Assembly (NCBI GenBank): GCA_030390025.1
Contig: JASTWF010000033.1
Coordinates: forward strand, 374,001-438,000
Source of the DNA: Squalus acanthias
Taxonomy: Eukaryota
Length of the DNA: 64,000 nucleotides
Direction: 5' to 3'
Both the position numbers and the translations under genes were made by a program. The notes under the pieces were generated by a model. The model did no database searches. It saw only the letters and a list, made by a program, of their open reading frames with translations, and had not been told where the DNA came from. Within the stretch, counting starts at the first letter, position 1, and each line of letters opens with the position of its first letter. Positions 47,968 through 61,600 of this stretch are shown one piece after another.

Positions 47968-48767
47968 TACGGTGCAACCTACAGTGCGTCATCCTCTCGG
48001 AGGGAAAGGGAAGGGTTTGTGTCCAGAGTCCGCTGCGTTTACATCAAGCATCTAATTCACCTGCAGGTTGGAGGAGCAGAGGAGGCTGGAGGGAAAGAAT
48101 TGATAGGAGCAGAAGGAGAAGCCATTTGAAACTGGCAGAATCTTGTGTCTGACTGTTGTTTCAAATGATGCCGGACAGCCCTGCGTGGATTGGCAGTTTT
48201 CCCAGGAGCTGCATTGTTCGGTGCCTGCATTTTAGACATGGAAACATGTCCATCAGGAGCTTGTGGTAATATTTCACCTCACTGTGCATTTCAAGTGGAT
48301 GCCTACCCGCACTTGGTGCTGTGGTTGCGCGAACATGTCTTTTGTGTTCTTACCTAAAATGTCATTTTATACAAACAGTTTGCCTGGCGCGAAAGAGTTA
48401 AAAAGGGGACAAAGAGTGAAATGGACGGGGTTGCTGCGGTGTGTGAAATATGGTGACGATCTATGGTTATTATCCGAGGCGACGCTGCAGGATCCTTTAA
48501 AGATCTCCCGCGGATCCACTGAAACCAGTTGAGAGGGTTTTTTTGCACCGTCAGGGCAGGAAACGGGAGTGAGTGAGGGACACTGTCGGTATCTGTGCTG
48601 AGTTTGAGTCTGTGAAGAATGGTATGGGCTCAGATAATATACGGAATCTATGAGATATTTTATTGATATTTAATTACAATATGAATGCTTCAATTTTTCA
48701 TATTTGTTCAACTTTAATGGGGAAGTTTTCTTTCCCGTTTCCAACCGGGGACCATTTCTCGAACATA

Positions 48768-48833
48768 GTTTCCCGCCCGGGATTGAATCGGGGCTTGTGA
48801 GGGGAACCTTGATAACCACTACACTACGGAAAC
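48768..48833 (-). pseudogene. tRNA-Val(CAC)-derived pseudogene (copies at 54951-55016 and 61219-61284)
   Basis: Reverse complement begins GTTTCCGTAGTGTAGTGGTTATCA; internal deletion. Confidence 0.8.
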
Positions 48834-49128
48834 CTCTGCTTTGCTAAATATCCAGAAAGATCTGTTCAGCGAGAAGGTGAAATGCTGAATCCCAGATTCT
48901 GGATTAATTTCCTTTCACTAACATTTCTCTGACCGAAACTGCACAAGTCAAAAATGTTCCTTTCAAAGTCATTAAATTCTCGAATTTCCGCGTCGCCACC
49001 CAAATCTTCTGAATCAGATGCCTCCATTTTGCCACTCAATCAATGTCCCTTTGCAATTCCCTGCTCCCATCCACACTAATTACTGCGCCACTGTCGATCA
49101 GCGATAATAGATATTCAAAGTGAACCGG

Positions 49129-49180
49129 CCATGCGAGTTCAGTCGGCAGCAGGCTCTTGGGTTCGGACCCCAAGTTAGGC
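49129..49180 (+). pseudogene. Heavily deleted tRNA-Lys(CTT)-like remnant (repeated in each unit)
   Basis: ..AGTTCAGTCGG..GGGTTCGGACCCCAAGTTAGGCG, compared with tRNA-Lys GGGTTCGAGCCCCACGTTGGGCG. Confidence 0.5.
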
Positions 49181-49736
49181 GAAGGTTATTGTTAAACTTT
49201 TTGTTTGTTGCTTTCACGGCAAATCATCATGAATTCACCGGTAATTTTCTTTGGCACAATGAAAGAAATGCTAACTGAGGGAGAGTCGATACTTCAATCA
49301 TTTTATTTGTGCTTTGCACGTTAACTGTTACCCAGATCTCCTTTTACACACGGTACTTTAGGAGTCTGGTTTAAAGTGTTCATTGCTGATGACACCAGGA
49401 ATCTGGGGCAATATTTGTCAAATTGAACAGCACCGGTTATTTCCACCGTGCTCAAAAAATAGAATCAGCAGTGAACATGAAATCCCATTGTGCTGACATT
49501 CAGATTCAACGCAGTCAGCTTTGAAATAAAGGGAAATTATTTTACAATGAAAAGATTGGGAAGTAAGTGTTACTGGTATTTGTGCCTTTAATTAAAGGTT
49601 GTGGCGTCTGACTCCCGTTCATATTTCTTCTTCCTCTGTTGAATAAGAAAGTGGGAATGACGTTGACCAGACTGCACTGCGCCTGATGTTTGTGAGCTCA
49701 TCCTTTATATTGAGCGGTTTCTCAACATTTGATCGA

Positions 49737-49824
49737 CGTCAGCTTTAGCTCAGCGGTTACTTCGCAGCACCAACTTAATTCTAAGTTCGAACCCTGTCTC
49801 ACCGCGGGCGCTGCCTGGCGTTTT
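49737..49824 (+). ncRNA. vtRNA: Vault RNA-like gene, unit 1
   Basis: GCTTTAGCTCAGCGGTTACTTCG is the vtRNA 5' conserved block. 3' CCGCGGGCGCT..CTGGCG followed by TTTT. Terminal stem CGTCAG/CTGGCG, internal GTTCGAACC, TATA-like at ~-30 and TGACGT at 49658. Confidence 0.85.
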
Positions 49825-51089
49825 ATTGTCATTTTCAACCCCCTGCTTTTACACCGAAACAAATTGTAACGGTGATTTCAATTTAGCTGTGTGAAATTTT
49901 TAGAGGGCAACTTTAAACGATTCATTGCCTACTCCTGTCAGCATCGCGACCCGTGTTCGATTCCCGGTTTTGGAATTAACTTTGATATCAACGTTTTTAA
50001 TTAATTAATGCGAAGTAATTTTATTAAATTACTAACATGCATCTAATGTGAAAAATAAGAATTGTTTTAATGACCATTATTGAACCAATAACTTCCTTTT
50101 GCAGAATGAAATATATTATAATATGGTTACTGAGGGACAGTCAAAACTTCAGTCATTTAATTTGCTCTTTGCCTGTGCTGAACTGTTAACCTATATCTCA
50201 TTGTATACATTGTATTTTGGGAGAATGGTTTAAAATGTTTATTGCTTGTGAGAGCAGGGATCTGGGGCAACTTTTGTTAATTTAACAGGACCGGCTATTT
50301 CACAGAAAAAAAATTCTCTGACATAATGTTTTCAGACCATACACTGACCGATCATTCTTAGGCCCAAAGTGGATGATCTGACACTTGCCCACATTGAACT
50401 CCATTAATCGCTGTTCAGGGGAGATTTAATAGAACTGTTCAAAGTTATGGGGGAAATTGTTTCCACTGGCAGGAGGGTCAGTAGGGCTGTGGGGGAAGAG
50501 CAGCGGAATGGGACTAATTGGATAGCTCTTTCAACGATGCTGCATCAATTGTTCATTTTAATCTGCGATTGATAGATTTTTGTTAACGAAAGGTATTAAA
50601 GGATAATTCAAGTCTGTGAGACTCCTTATAATTGTTTCAATCATCATTAATCAACACACAACATTGTGTTGCTCACTGCAGGAATTGCTAACAAGTTTAC
50701 TGAGTGACAGCCAAACTTGAATAACCTTTTATAGAATCATAGAATCATACAGCACAGAAGGAGGACATTCGGACAATTATTCCCACTCCCCAGCTCTTTT
50801 TCCAAAGCCCTGCAAGTGTTTCTTTTTCAATTTCTTTCCCTTTTGAAAGTTAATATTGAATCTGCTTTTACCACCCTGTCAGGCAGAAAAATGTGTACAT
50901 CAATGTTATCCAAGTCCCATTTCACACAGTGATTTCCCTGCTTTGCATGTCATGAACTTTCATCCCTTCTCATTTTGCACACTCTATTTTAGGAGTTTGT
51001 TTAAAAATGTTCGATGCTTGTGACGTCAGCCATTGCTAGATTGAAAAGGATTGTAGCTCCTTTCCTTGGAAATCTCTGCCCCAAAATGC

Positions 51090-51292
51090 TGTTGATGCTC
51101 ATTCGTTGAGTATATTCGAGGCTGAGATCGATAGATTTTTGGACTGTAGTGGAATCAAGGGAGATGGGGATAGGCAGGAAAGTGGAGTTGAGGTCCAAGA
51201 TCAGCCATTATCTGATTGAATGGCGGTGCAGGCTCGGGGGGCCATAGGGCCGACTCCTGCTCCTAATTCTTTCGTTCTTCTGTTCTTATGTC
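51090..51292 (+). mobile_element. CR1 3' end fragment in the array unit (other CR1 scraps at ~50340-50530 and 50735-50885)
   Basis: IFEAEIDRFL..GIKG-like sequence followed by the GATCAGCCAT..GAATGGCGG..CTCCTGCTCCTA tail. Confidence 0.75.
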
Positions 51293-51518
51293 CTTTCACA
51301 GGAGAGCAAACTCGCCCCTGGACCTGCATGAGGAGCAAGTGCCAACAAAATGTTTCCGAGAAAGTGATACCTCCTACACTGCAGAAACGTCTCCACTTTC
51401 AGTACCAGGTCTGATGGAAATGTTCAGCGAGCAGGTGAAACGCTGAATCCCACTTTTGAGAGACTTCCCAAAGCGCAGCACAAGAAATGTGTTGCCCTTA
51501 GTAATTAAATATAAGCAA

Positions 51519-51601
51519 TGTCAGAATTGGGGTTCGAACTCACGCCTTCAGCGAAGGCTGCGACCTGAACGCAGCGTCTTAGACCGCTCCGCCAACCTGA
51601 C
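51519..51601 (-). pseudogene. tRNA-Leu(CAG), probably a pseudogene (copies at 57703-57785 and partial 63971-64000)
   Basis: Reverse complement GTCAGGTTGGCGGAGCGGTCTAAGACGCTGCGTTCAGGTCGCAG..GTTCGAACCCCAATTCTGACA; mismatches in the acceptor and T stems. Confidence 0.85.
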
Positions 51602-52127
51602 TTAGATTGATGTGTAACTTGTCACTTCCGCATTTAGAAAGTTTCAGTTCGGGTGCTTGTTCAATGCTGCTCGAAGGCTCAGTGACCGGGATATCATCTC
51701 CCCCGGGGTGTTTCTGAGACTGTGCTCGGTGTATGGGGAGGTTTGGCCCGGGTCCGTGGTATCTTGCAGCCCAGGGATGGACAATAACCCTCTGAGCTCT
51801 GGAGCTGAGGAAGAGCGAGTAAATAATGGGTTTGTTTCCGCGTCTGAAATGCGGCTTCGATCTGCTGGTATTAACCGAGGCCGGGGCTGCGAGATGTTGC
51901 ATTTTGTTCACGTTTAATCAGAGGAATATCCTTGTCAGGAGCTGAAAAGGACCAAGAGCTGAAAAAACACAAGACAAAAGATAAGAAATGTAAGCAATTG
52001 TGATAAACTGTTTAAAGTGTTTTCTGGTAGTTTCGTGTTTTAATTGTTTTAATCACCATTCATTAACCGATAGCGTTGTTTTTGCAGAATGAAAGAGATG
52101 CTCACACTGAGGGACAGTCGAAACTTC

Positions 52128-52388
52128 AATTTGTGACCTCTGTTTTTAGACTGCTAAAAGACTAGTAGGTTAGAGGAGGAGGGCGGGTGGGGGTTCCTAC
52201 TCTGTAGGAACTCGGGTTTAAGCCACCACCCTCCTTAAATGCCGTTCACCTGGGTGCTTCCCACCTGGTCCGCTTCCGGTCTCGTCGCTCCCGACAACAG
52301 CCTGTGAAGAAAAGCCCGCGAAAGTGAGTTCAAATACTCACAGCACTTCACAGCACCTCTGGTCTCGTCGCTCCCGACAACAGCCTGT
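52128..52388 (-). mobile_element. Antisense CR1 5' UTR fragment (unit 2; one fewer 83-bp monomer)
   Basis: Reverse complement of ~41490-41655 plus a monomer. Confidence 0.9.
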
Positions 52389-55300
52389 GGCGGATGGACA
52401 GAGTCTGTTGTATCAATGTTTTAAACTGATTTCACTGGCGATCCCCAGCTCTGAATCCCCCAGCAGAGAATTCAAGTAGAGTTTGATATAAACGAGATTC
52501 AACATCAGTATCAGAACATTACTCTTTGATTCGGGACTCTGATCTCTCTCCAGCATCTCGCTGCTGAAGATTGAACTTGACATAATTGCAGCTTGGCTCG
52601 GGATCAGTGCGGCTCAGCGGGACTTCGGCCCGTCTCTCCCTTCACAACCCATCAGTGCCGAGAAAAGAACGGGGAATTTTACACATGTGTTTTGTTCTGT
52701 AACTTTATTTGAACATTTCAGTGCATTTCACGCTGTGTCCAACACGATGAGGTCCCCCCTGGTGTATCAGATTTGTATCTGCATCAACACTCCAGCTTTA
52801 CATTAACACAACCTGAACTCCGAGATCTGGTCCGACCTCATTGCCCCGAAAGTGAGGATTGAGCGGGAGGGGCAATGCCACCCGGGGTTAGATTTTCCTC
52901 CAAGCGGGTGATACAACATTTCATTTACTGTGAAGCCCAAATAGCTCAGTTGGGCGAGCGTTAAACTGAAGATCTAAAGATCCCGGGTTTCGGCATTTTT
53001 GGTTAGGTTGTGTCTCCTTCACTATAAGAAGATAGAATCAGAAGAGGTTTTCCGCTCGTGAACCCGCGTCCACCAAATGAATGGGAGTGAAACCACATCT
53101 GAGCCGCGGGATCCGGCTCCAGCCGCCCGCTGCGGGTTCGAATCCAGTCGGGTTTGTGAGATTAAAGAGCTCTTTTACTGTTACTTTCGATTGACACTCT
53201 GCCCAGTTGTATATACGAACAGTTAACAATGTTTAAGCGATGTGGTGTGTTCAATGTTTGTGCAGTAACTCGGTCACCCAGTGTGAGCCTGAAAGACAAT
53301 CCCCCAGCCTGGGCTCGAATCTTTCAAACAGGCACTTTGTGACCGGTTAGCTCAGTTGGTGAGAACGTGATGCTTCAAGTAAATCAATAGCCGCGGGTTT
53401 GATCCCCGTATAAGGCCATCAGAATTTGTTCATACTTTTAAGCTTTTTCGAAATACTTAAAATACATACTTTATAAAGAAACAAATCCACACAGAATCTC
53501 ACGGGGGAATTATTTGGATTAACATCCATTGTAACTTTGTCACCGTGGCGGAGAGACACATCTTTCTGTTTATTTATGTTTCTGGGTTTGCTGATGAACG
53601 TTGAACTGGCGGCCTGTTCCCGTTAATGGTCACAAGAGGGTAAGAGACAGACAGAGCGGCTCTGACCCCGCGAGATGGGCAAAAGGCTTCAGTTCAGGAG
53701 TAAATGCATCAAATGAAATGTTGGCCCGGCACCGAGAGAGACAACATCCAGAGAAAAGCACAGAAGGAAATAGATCAATCGAAAACGTTATAAATATTTC
53801 CCATGCTTGATGTCTCTCTATTCAATCGCCAACCCTTCAGTGCCGGATAAATAATTCCAGTTTAAGGCGTTCAGTTCGAGAATGGCAGCGGAAAGAAACT
53901 CAAATGAATTGAAAACTGCCGAATCCCGGGATTGAATCAGGGACCATTATTAAATCTGTAGAGAGAAAAACAGAGTTAACGTTTCAGGTCGATGACCGTT
54001 CGTCTGACGTTAACTGTTTCTCTCTCTACAGATGCTGCCTGATCTGCTGAACATTTCCAGCATTTTCTGTTTTTATTTGAAATTTCCAGTATTTTGCTTT
54101 TGTACCTTTATAAATCTTCAAGTCGCTCATCCCAACTGAGCTATTGCGGCTACGGTGCAACCTACAGTGCGTCATCCTCTCGGAGGGAAAGGGAAGGGTT
54201 TGTGTCCAGAGTCCGCTGCGTTTACATCAAGCATCTAATTCACCTGCAGGTTGGAGGAGCAGAGGAGGCTGGAGGGAAAGAAGTGATAGGAGCAGAAGGA
54301 GAAGCCATTTGAAACTGGCAGAATCTTGTGTCTGACTGTTGTTTCAAATGATGCCGGACAGCCCTGCGTGGATTGGCAGTTTTCCCAGGAGCTGCATTGT
54401 TCGGTGCCTGCATTTTAGACATGGAAACATGTCCATCAGGAGCTTGTGGTAATATTTCACCTCACTGTGCATTTCAAGTGGATGCCTACCCGCACTTGGT
54501 GCTGTGGTTGCGCGAACATGTCTTTTGTGTTCTTACCTAAAATGTCATTTTGTACAAACAGTTTGCCTGGCGCGAAAGAGTTAAAAAGGGGACAAAGAGT
54601 GAAATGGACGGGGTTGCTGCGGTGTGTGAAATATGGTGACGATCTATGGTTATTATCCGAGGCGACGCTGCAGGATCCTTTAAAGATCTCCCGCGGATCC
54701 ACTGAAACCAGTTGAGAGGGGTTTTTTGCACCGTCAGGGCAGGAAACGGGAGTGAGTGAGGGACACTGTCGGTATCTGTGCTGAGTTTGAGTCTGTGAAG
54801 AATGGTATGGGCTCAGATAATATACGGAATCTATGAGATATTTTATTGATATTTAATTACAATATGAATGCTTCAATTTTTCATATTTGTTCAACTTTAA
54901 TGGGGAAGTTTTCTTTCCCGTTTCCAACCGGGGACCATTTCTCGAACATAGTTTCCCGCCCGGGATTGAATCGGGGCTTGTGAGGGGAACCTTGATAACC
55001 ACTACACTACGGAAACCTCTGCTTTGCTAAATATCCAGAAAGATCTGTTCAGCGAGAAGGTGAAATGCTGAATCCCAGATTCTGGATTAATTTCCTTTCA
55101 CTAACATTTCTCTGACCGAAACTGCACAAGTCAAAAATGTTCCTTTCAAAGTCATTAAATTCTCGAATTTCCGCGTCGCCACCCAAATCTTCTGAATCAG
55201 ATGCCTCCATTTTGCCACTCAATCAATGTCCCTTTGCAATTCCCTGCTCCCATCCACACTAATTACTGCGCCACTGTCGATCAGCGATAATAGATATTCA

Positions 55301-55919
55301 AAGTGAACCGGCCATGCGAGTTCAGTCGGCAGCAGGCTCTTGGGTTCGGACCCCAAGTTAGGCGAAGGTTATTGTTAAACTTTTTGTTTGTTGCTTTCAC
55401 GGCAAATCATCATGAATTCACCGGTAATTTTCTTTGGCACAATGAAAGAAATGCTAACTGAGGGAGAGTCGATACTTCAATCATTTTATTTGTGCTTTGC
55501 ACGTTAACTGTTACCCAGATCTCCTTTTACACACGGTACTTTAGGAGTCTGGTTTAAAGTGTTCATTGCTGATGACACCAGGAATCTGGGGCAATATTTG
55601 TCAAATTGAACAGCACCGGTTATTTCCACCGTGCTCAAAAAATAGAATCAGCAGTGAACATGAAATCCCATTGTGCTGACATTCAGATTCAACGCAGTCA
55701 GTTTTGAAATAAAGGGAAATTATTTTACAATGAAAAGATTGGGAAGTAAGTGTTACTGGTATTTGTGCCTTTAATTAAAGGTTGTGGCGTCTGACTCCCG
55801 TTCATATTTCTTCTTCCTCTGTTGAATAAGAAAGTGGGAATGACGTTGACCAGACTGCACTGCGCCTGATGTTTGTGAGCTCATCCTTTATATTGAGCGG
55901 TTTCTCAACATTTGATCGA

Positions 55920-56007
55920 CGTCAGCTTTAGCTCAGCGGTTACTTCGCAGCACCAACTTAATTCTAAGTTCGAACCCTGTCTCACCGCGGGCGCTGCCTG
56001 GCGTTTT
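55920..56007 (+). ncRNA. vtRNA: Vault RNA-like gene, unit 2
   Basis: Identical to 49737-49824. Confidence 0.85.
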
Positions 56008-58313
56008 ATTGTCATTTTCAACCCCCTGCTTTTACACCGAAACAAATTGTAACGGTGATTTCAATTTAGCTGTGTGAAATTTTTAGAGGGCAACTTTAAA
56101 CGATTCATTGCCTACTCCTGTCAGCATCGCGACCCGTGTTCGATTCCCGGTTTTGGAATTAACTTTGATATCAACGTTTTTAATTAATTAATGCGAAGTA
56201 ATTTTATTAAATTACTAACATGCATCTAATGTGAAAAATAAGAATTGTTTTAATGACCATTATTGAACCAATAACTTCCTTTTGCAGAATGAAATATATT
56301 ATAATATGGTTACTGAGGGACAGTCAAAACTTCAGTCATTTAATTTGCTCTTTGCCTGTGCTGAACTGTTAACCTATATCTCATTGTATACATTGTATTT
56401 TGGGAGAATGGTTTAAAATGTTTATTGCTTGTGAGAGCAGGGATCTGGGGCAACTTTTGTTAATTTAACAGGATCGGCTATTTCACAGAAAAAAAAATTC
56501 TCTGACATAATGTTTTCAGACCATACACTGACCGATCATTCTTAGGCCCAAAGTGGATGATCTGACACTTGCCCACATTGAACTCCATTAATCGCTGTTC
56601 AGGGGAGATTTAATAGAACTGTTCAAAGTTATGGGGGAAATTGTTTCCACTGGCAGGAGGGTCAGTAGGGCTGTGGGGGAAGAGCAGCGGAATGGCACTA
56701 ATTGGATAGCTCTTTCAACGATGCTGCATCAATTGTTCATTTTAATCTGCGATTGATAGATTTTTGTTAACGAAAGGTATTAAAGGATAATTCAAGTCTG
56801 TGAGACTCCTTATAATTGTTTCAATCATCATTAATCAACACACAACATTGTGTTGCTCACTGCAGGAATTGCTAACAAGTTTACTGAGTGACAGCCAAAC
56901 TTGAATAACCTTTTATAGAATCATAGAATCATACAGCACAGAAGGAGGACATTCGGACAATTATTCCCACTCCCCAGCTCTTTTTCCAAAGCCCTGCAAG
57001 TGTTTCTTTTTCAATTTCTTTCCCTTTTGAAAGTTAATATTGAATCTGCTTTTACCACCCTGTCAGGCAGAAAAATGTGTACATCAATGTTATCCAAGTC
57101 CCATTTCACACAGTGATTTCCCTGCTTTGCATGTCATGAACTTTCATCCCTTCTCATTTTGCACACTCTATTTTAGGAGTTTGTTTAAAAATGTTCGATG
57201 CTTGTGACGTCAGCCATTGCTAGATTGAAAAGGATTGTAGCTCCTTTCCTTGGAAATCTCTGCCCCAAAATGCTGTTGATGCTCATTCGTTGAGTATATT
57301 CGAGGCTGAGATCGATAGATTTTTGGACTGTAGTGGAATCAAGGGAGATGGGGATAGGCAGGAAAGTGGAGTTGAGGTCCAAGATCAGCCATTATCTGAT
57401 TGAATGGCGGTGCAGGCTCGGGGGGCCATAGGGCCGACTCCTGCTCCTAATTCTTTCGTTCTTCTGTTCTTATGTCCTTTCACAGGAGAGCAAACTCGCC
57501 CCTGGACCTGCATGAGGAGCAAGTGCCAACAAAATGTTTCCGAGAAAGTGATACCTCCTACACTGCAGAAACGTCTCCACTTTCAGTACCAGGTCTGATG
57601 GAAATGTTCAGCGAGCAGGTGAAACGCTGAATCCCACTTTTGAGAGACTTCCCAAAGCGCAGCACAAGAAATGTGTTGCCCTTAGTAATTAAATATAAGC
57701 AATGTCAGAATTGGGGTTCGAACTCACGCCTTCAGCGAAGGCTGCGACCTGAACGCAGCGTCTTAGACCGCTCCGCCAACCTGACTGTTAGATTGACTTG
57801 TAACTTGTCACTTCCGCATTTAGAAAGTTTCAGTTCGGGTGCTTGTTCAATGCTGCTCGAAGGCTCAGTGACCGGGATATCATCTCCCCCGGGGTGTTTC
57901 TGAGACTGTGCTCGGTGTATGGGGAGGTTTGGCCCGGGTCCGTGGTATCTTGCAGCCCAGGGATGGACAATAACCCTCTGAGCTCTGGAGCTGAGGAAGA
58001 GCGAGTAAATAATGGGTTTGTTTCCGCGTCTGAAATGCGGCTTCGATCTGCTGGTATTAACCGAGGCCGGGGCTGCGAGATGTTGCATTTTGTTCACGTT
58101 TAATCAGAGGAATATCCTTGTCAGGAGCTGAAAAGGACCAAGAGCTGAAAAAACACAAGACAAAAGATAAGAAATGTAAGCAATTGTGATAAACTGTTTA
58201 AAGTGTTTTCTGGTAGTTTCGTGTTTTAATTGTTTTAATCACCATTCATTAACCGATAGCGTTGTTTTTGCAGAATGAAAGAGATGCTCACACTGAGGGA
58301 CAGTCGAAACTTC

Positions 58314-58656
58314 AATTTGTGACCTCTGTTTTTAGACTGCTAAAAGACTAGTAGGTTAGAGGAGGAGGGCGGGTGGGGGTTCCTACTCTGTAGGAACTCG
58401 GGTTAAGCCACCACCCTCCTTAAATGCCGTTCACCTGGGTGCTTCCCACCTGGTCCGCTTCCGGTCTCGTCGCTCCCGACAACAGCCTGTGAAGAAAAGC
58501 CCGCGAAAGTGAGTTCAAATACTCACAGCACTTCACAGCACCTCTGGTCTCGTCGCTCCCGACAACAGCCTGTGAAGAAAAGCCCGCGAAAGTGAGTTCA
58601 AATACTCACAGCACTTCACAGCACCTCTGGTCTCGTCGCTCCCGACAACAGCCTGT
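58314..58656 (-). mobile_element. Antisense CR1 5' UTR fragment (unit 3)
   Basis: As in unit 2, but with two 83-bp monomers. Confidence 0.9.
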
Positions 58657-61600
58657 GGCGGATGGACAGAGTCTGTTGTATCAATGTTTTAAACTGATTT
58701 CACTGGCGATCCCCAGCTCTGAATCCCCCAGCAGAGAATTCAAGTAGAGTTTGATATAAACGAGATTCAACATCAGTATCAGAACATTACTCTTTGATTC
58801 GGGACTCTGATCTCTCTCCAGCATCTCGCTGCTGAAGATTGAACTTGACATAATTGCAGCTTGGCTCGGGATCAGTGCGGCTCAGCGGGACTTCGGCCCG
58901 TCTCTCCCTTCACAACCCATCAGTGCCGAGAAAAGAACGGGGAATTTTACACATGTGTTTTGTTCTGTAACTTTATTTGAACATTTCAGTGCATTTCACG
59001 CTGTGTCCAACACGATGAGGTCCCCCCTGGTGTATCAGATTTGTATCTGCATCAACACTCCAGCTTTACATTAACACAACCTGAACTCCGAGATCTGGTC
59101 CGACCTCATTGCCCCGAAAGTGAGGATTGAGCGGGAGGGGCAATGCCACCCGGGGTTAGATTTTCCTCCAAGCGGGTGATACAACATTTCATTTACTGTG
59201 AAGCCCAAATAGCTCAGTTGGGCGAGCGTTAAACTGAAGATCTAAAGATCCCGGGTTTCGGCATTTTTGGTTAGGTTGTGTCTCCTTCACTATAAGAAGA
59301 TAGAATCAGAAGAGGTTTTCCGCTCGTGAACCCGCGTCCACCAAATGAATGGGAGTGAAACCACATCTGAGCCGCGGGATCCGGCTCCAGCCGCCCGCTG
59401 CGGGTTCGAATCCAGTCGGGTTTGTGAGATTAAAGAGCTCTTTTACTGTTACTTTCGATTGACACTCTGCCCAGTTGTATATACGAACAGTTAACAATGT
59501 TTAAGCGATGTGGTGTGTTCAATGTTTGTGCAGTAACTCGGTCACCCAGTGTGAGCCTGAAAGACAATCCCCCAGCCTGGGCTCGAATCTTTCAAACAGG
59601 CACTTTGTGACCGGTTAGCTCAGTTGGTGAGAACGTGATGCTTCAAGTAAATCAATAGCCGCGGGTTTGATCCCCGTATAAGGCCATCAGAATTTGTTCA
59701 TACTTTTAAGCTTTTTCGAAATACTTAAAATACATACTTTATAAAGAAACAAATCCACACAGAATCTCACGGGGGAATTATTTGGATTAACATCCATTGT
59801 AACTTTGTCACCGTGGCGGAGAGACACATCTTTCTGTTTATTTATGTTTCTGGGTTTGCTGATGAACGTTGAACTGGCGGCCTGTTCCCGTTAATGGTCA
59901 CAAGAGGGTAAGAGACAGACAGAGCGGCTCTGACCCCGCGAGATGGGCAAAAGGCTTCAGTTCAGGAGTAAATGCATCAAATGAAATGTTGGCCCGGCAC
60001 CGAGAGAGACAACATCCAGAGAAAAGCACAGAAGGAAATAGATCAATCGAAAACGTTATAAATATTTCCCATGCTTGATGTCTCTCTATTCAATCGCCAA
60101 CCCTTCAGTGCCGGATAAATAATTCCAGTTTAAGGCGTTCAGTTCGAGAATGGCAGCGGAAAGAAACTCAAATGAATTGAAAACTGCCGAATCCCGGGAT
60201 TGAATCAGGGACCATTATTAAATCTGTAGAGAGAAAAACAGAGTTAACGTTTCAGGTCGATGACCGTTCGTCTGACGTTAACTGTTTCTCTCTCTACAGA
60301 TGCTGCCTGATCTGCTGAACATTTCCAGCATTTTCTGTTTTTATTTGAAATTTCCAGTATTTTGCTTTTGTACCTTTATAAATCTTCAAGTCGCTCATCC
60401 CAACTGAGCTATTGCGGCTACGGTGCAACCTACAGTGCGTCATCCTCTCGGAGGGAAAGGGAAGGGTTTGTGTCCAGAGTCCGCTGCGTTTACATCAAGC
60501 ATCTAATTCACCTGCAGGTTGGAGGAGCAGAGGAGGCTGGAGGGAAAGAAGTGATAGGAGCAGAAGGAGAAGCCATTTGAAACTGGCAGAATCTTGTGTC
60601 TGACTGTTGTTTCAAATGATGCCGGACAGCCCTGCGTGGATTGGCAGTTTTCCCAGGAGCTGCATTGTTCGGTGCCTGCATTTTAGACATGGAAACATGT
60701 CCATCAGGAGCTTGTGGTAATATTTCACCTCACTGTGCATTTCAAGTGGATGCCTACCCGCACTTGGTGCTGTGGTTGCGCGAACATGTCTTTTGTGTTC
60801 TTACCTAAAATGTCATTTTGTACAAACAGTTTGCCTGGCGCGAAAGAGTTAAAAAGGGGACAAAGAGTGAAATGGACGGGGTTGCTGCGGTGTGTGAAAT
60901 ATGGTGACGATCTATGGTTATTATCCGAGGCGACGCTGCAGGATCCTTTAAAGATCTCCCGCGGATCCACTGAAACCAGTTGAGAGGGGTTTTTTGCACC
61001 GTCAGGGCAGGAAACGGGAGTGAGTGAGGGACACTGTCGGTATCTGTGCTGAGTTTGAGTCTGTGAAGAATGGTATGGGCTCAGATAATATACGGAATCT
61101 ATGAGATATTTTATTGATATTTAATTACAATATGAATGCTTCAATTTTTCATATTTGTTCAACTTTAATGGGGAAGTTTTCTTTCCCGTTTCCAACCGGG
61201 GACCATTTCTCGAACATAGTTTCCCGCCCGGGATTGAATCGGGGCTTGTGAGGGGAACCTTGATAACCACTACACTACGGAAACCTCTGCTTTGCTAAAT
61301 ATCCAGAAAGATCTGTTCAGCGAGAAGGTGAAATGCTGAATCCCAGATTCTGGATTAATTTCCTTTCACTAACATTTCTCTGACCGAAACTGCACAAGTC
61401 AAAAATGTTCCTTTCAAAGTCATTAAATTCTCGAATTTCCGCGTCGCCACCCAAATCTTCTGAATCAGATGCCTCCATTTTGCCACTCAATCAATGTCCC
61501 TTTGCAATTCCCTGCTCCCATCCACACTAATTACTGCGCCACTGTCGATCAGCGATAATAGATATTCAAAGTGAACCGGCCATGCGAGTTCAGTCGGCAG

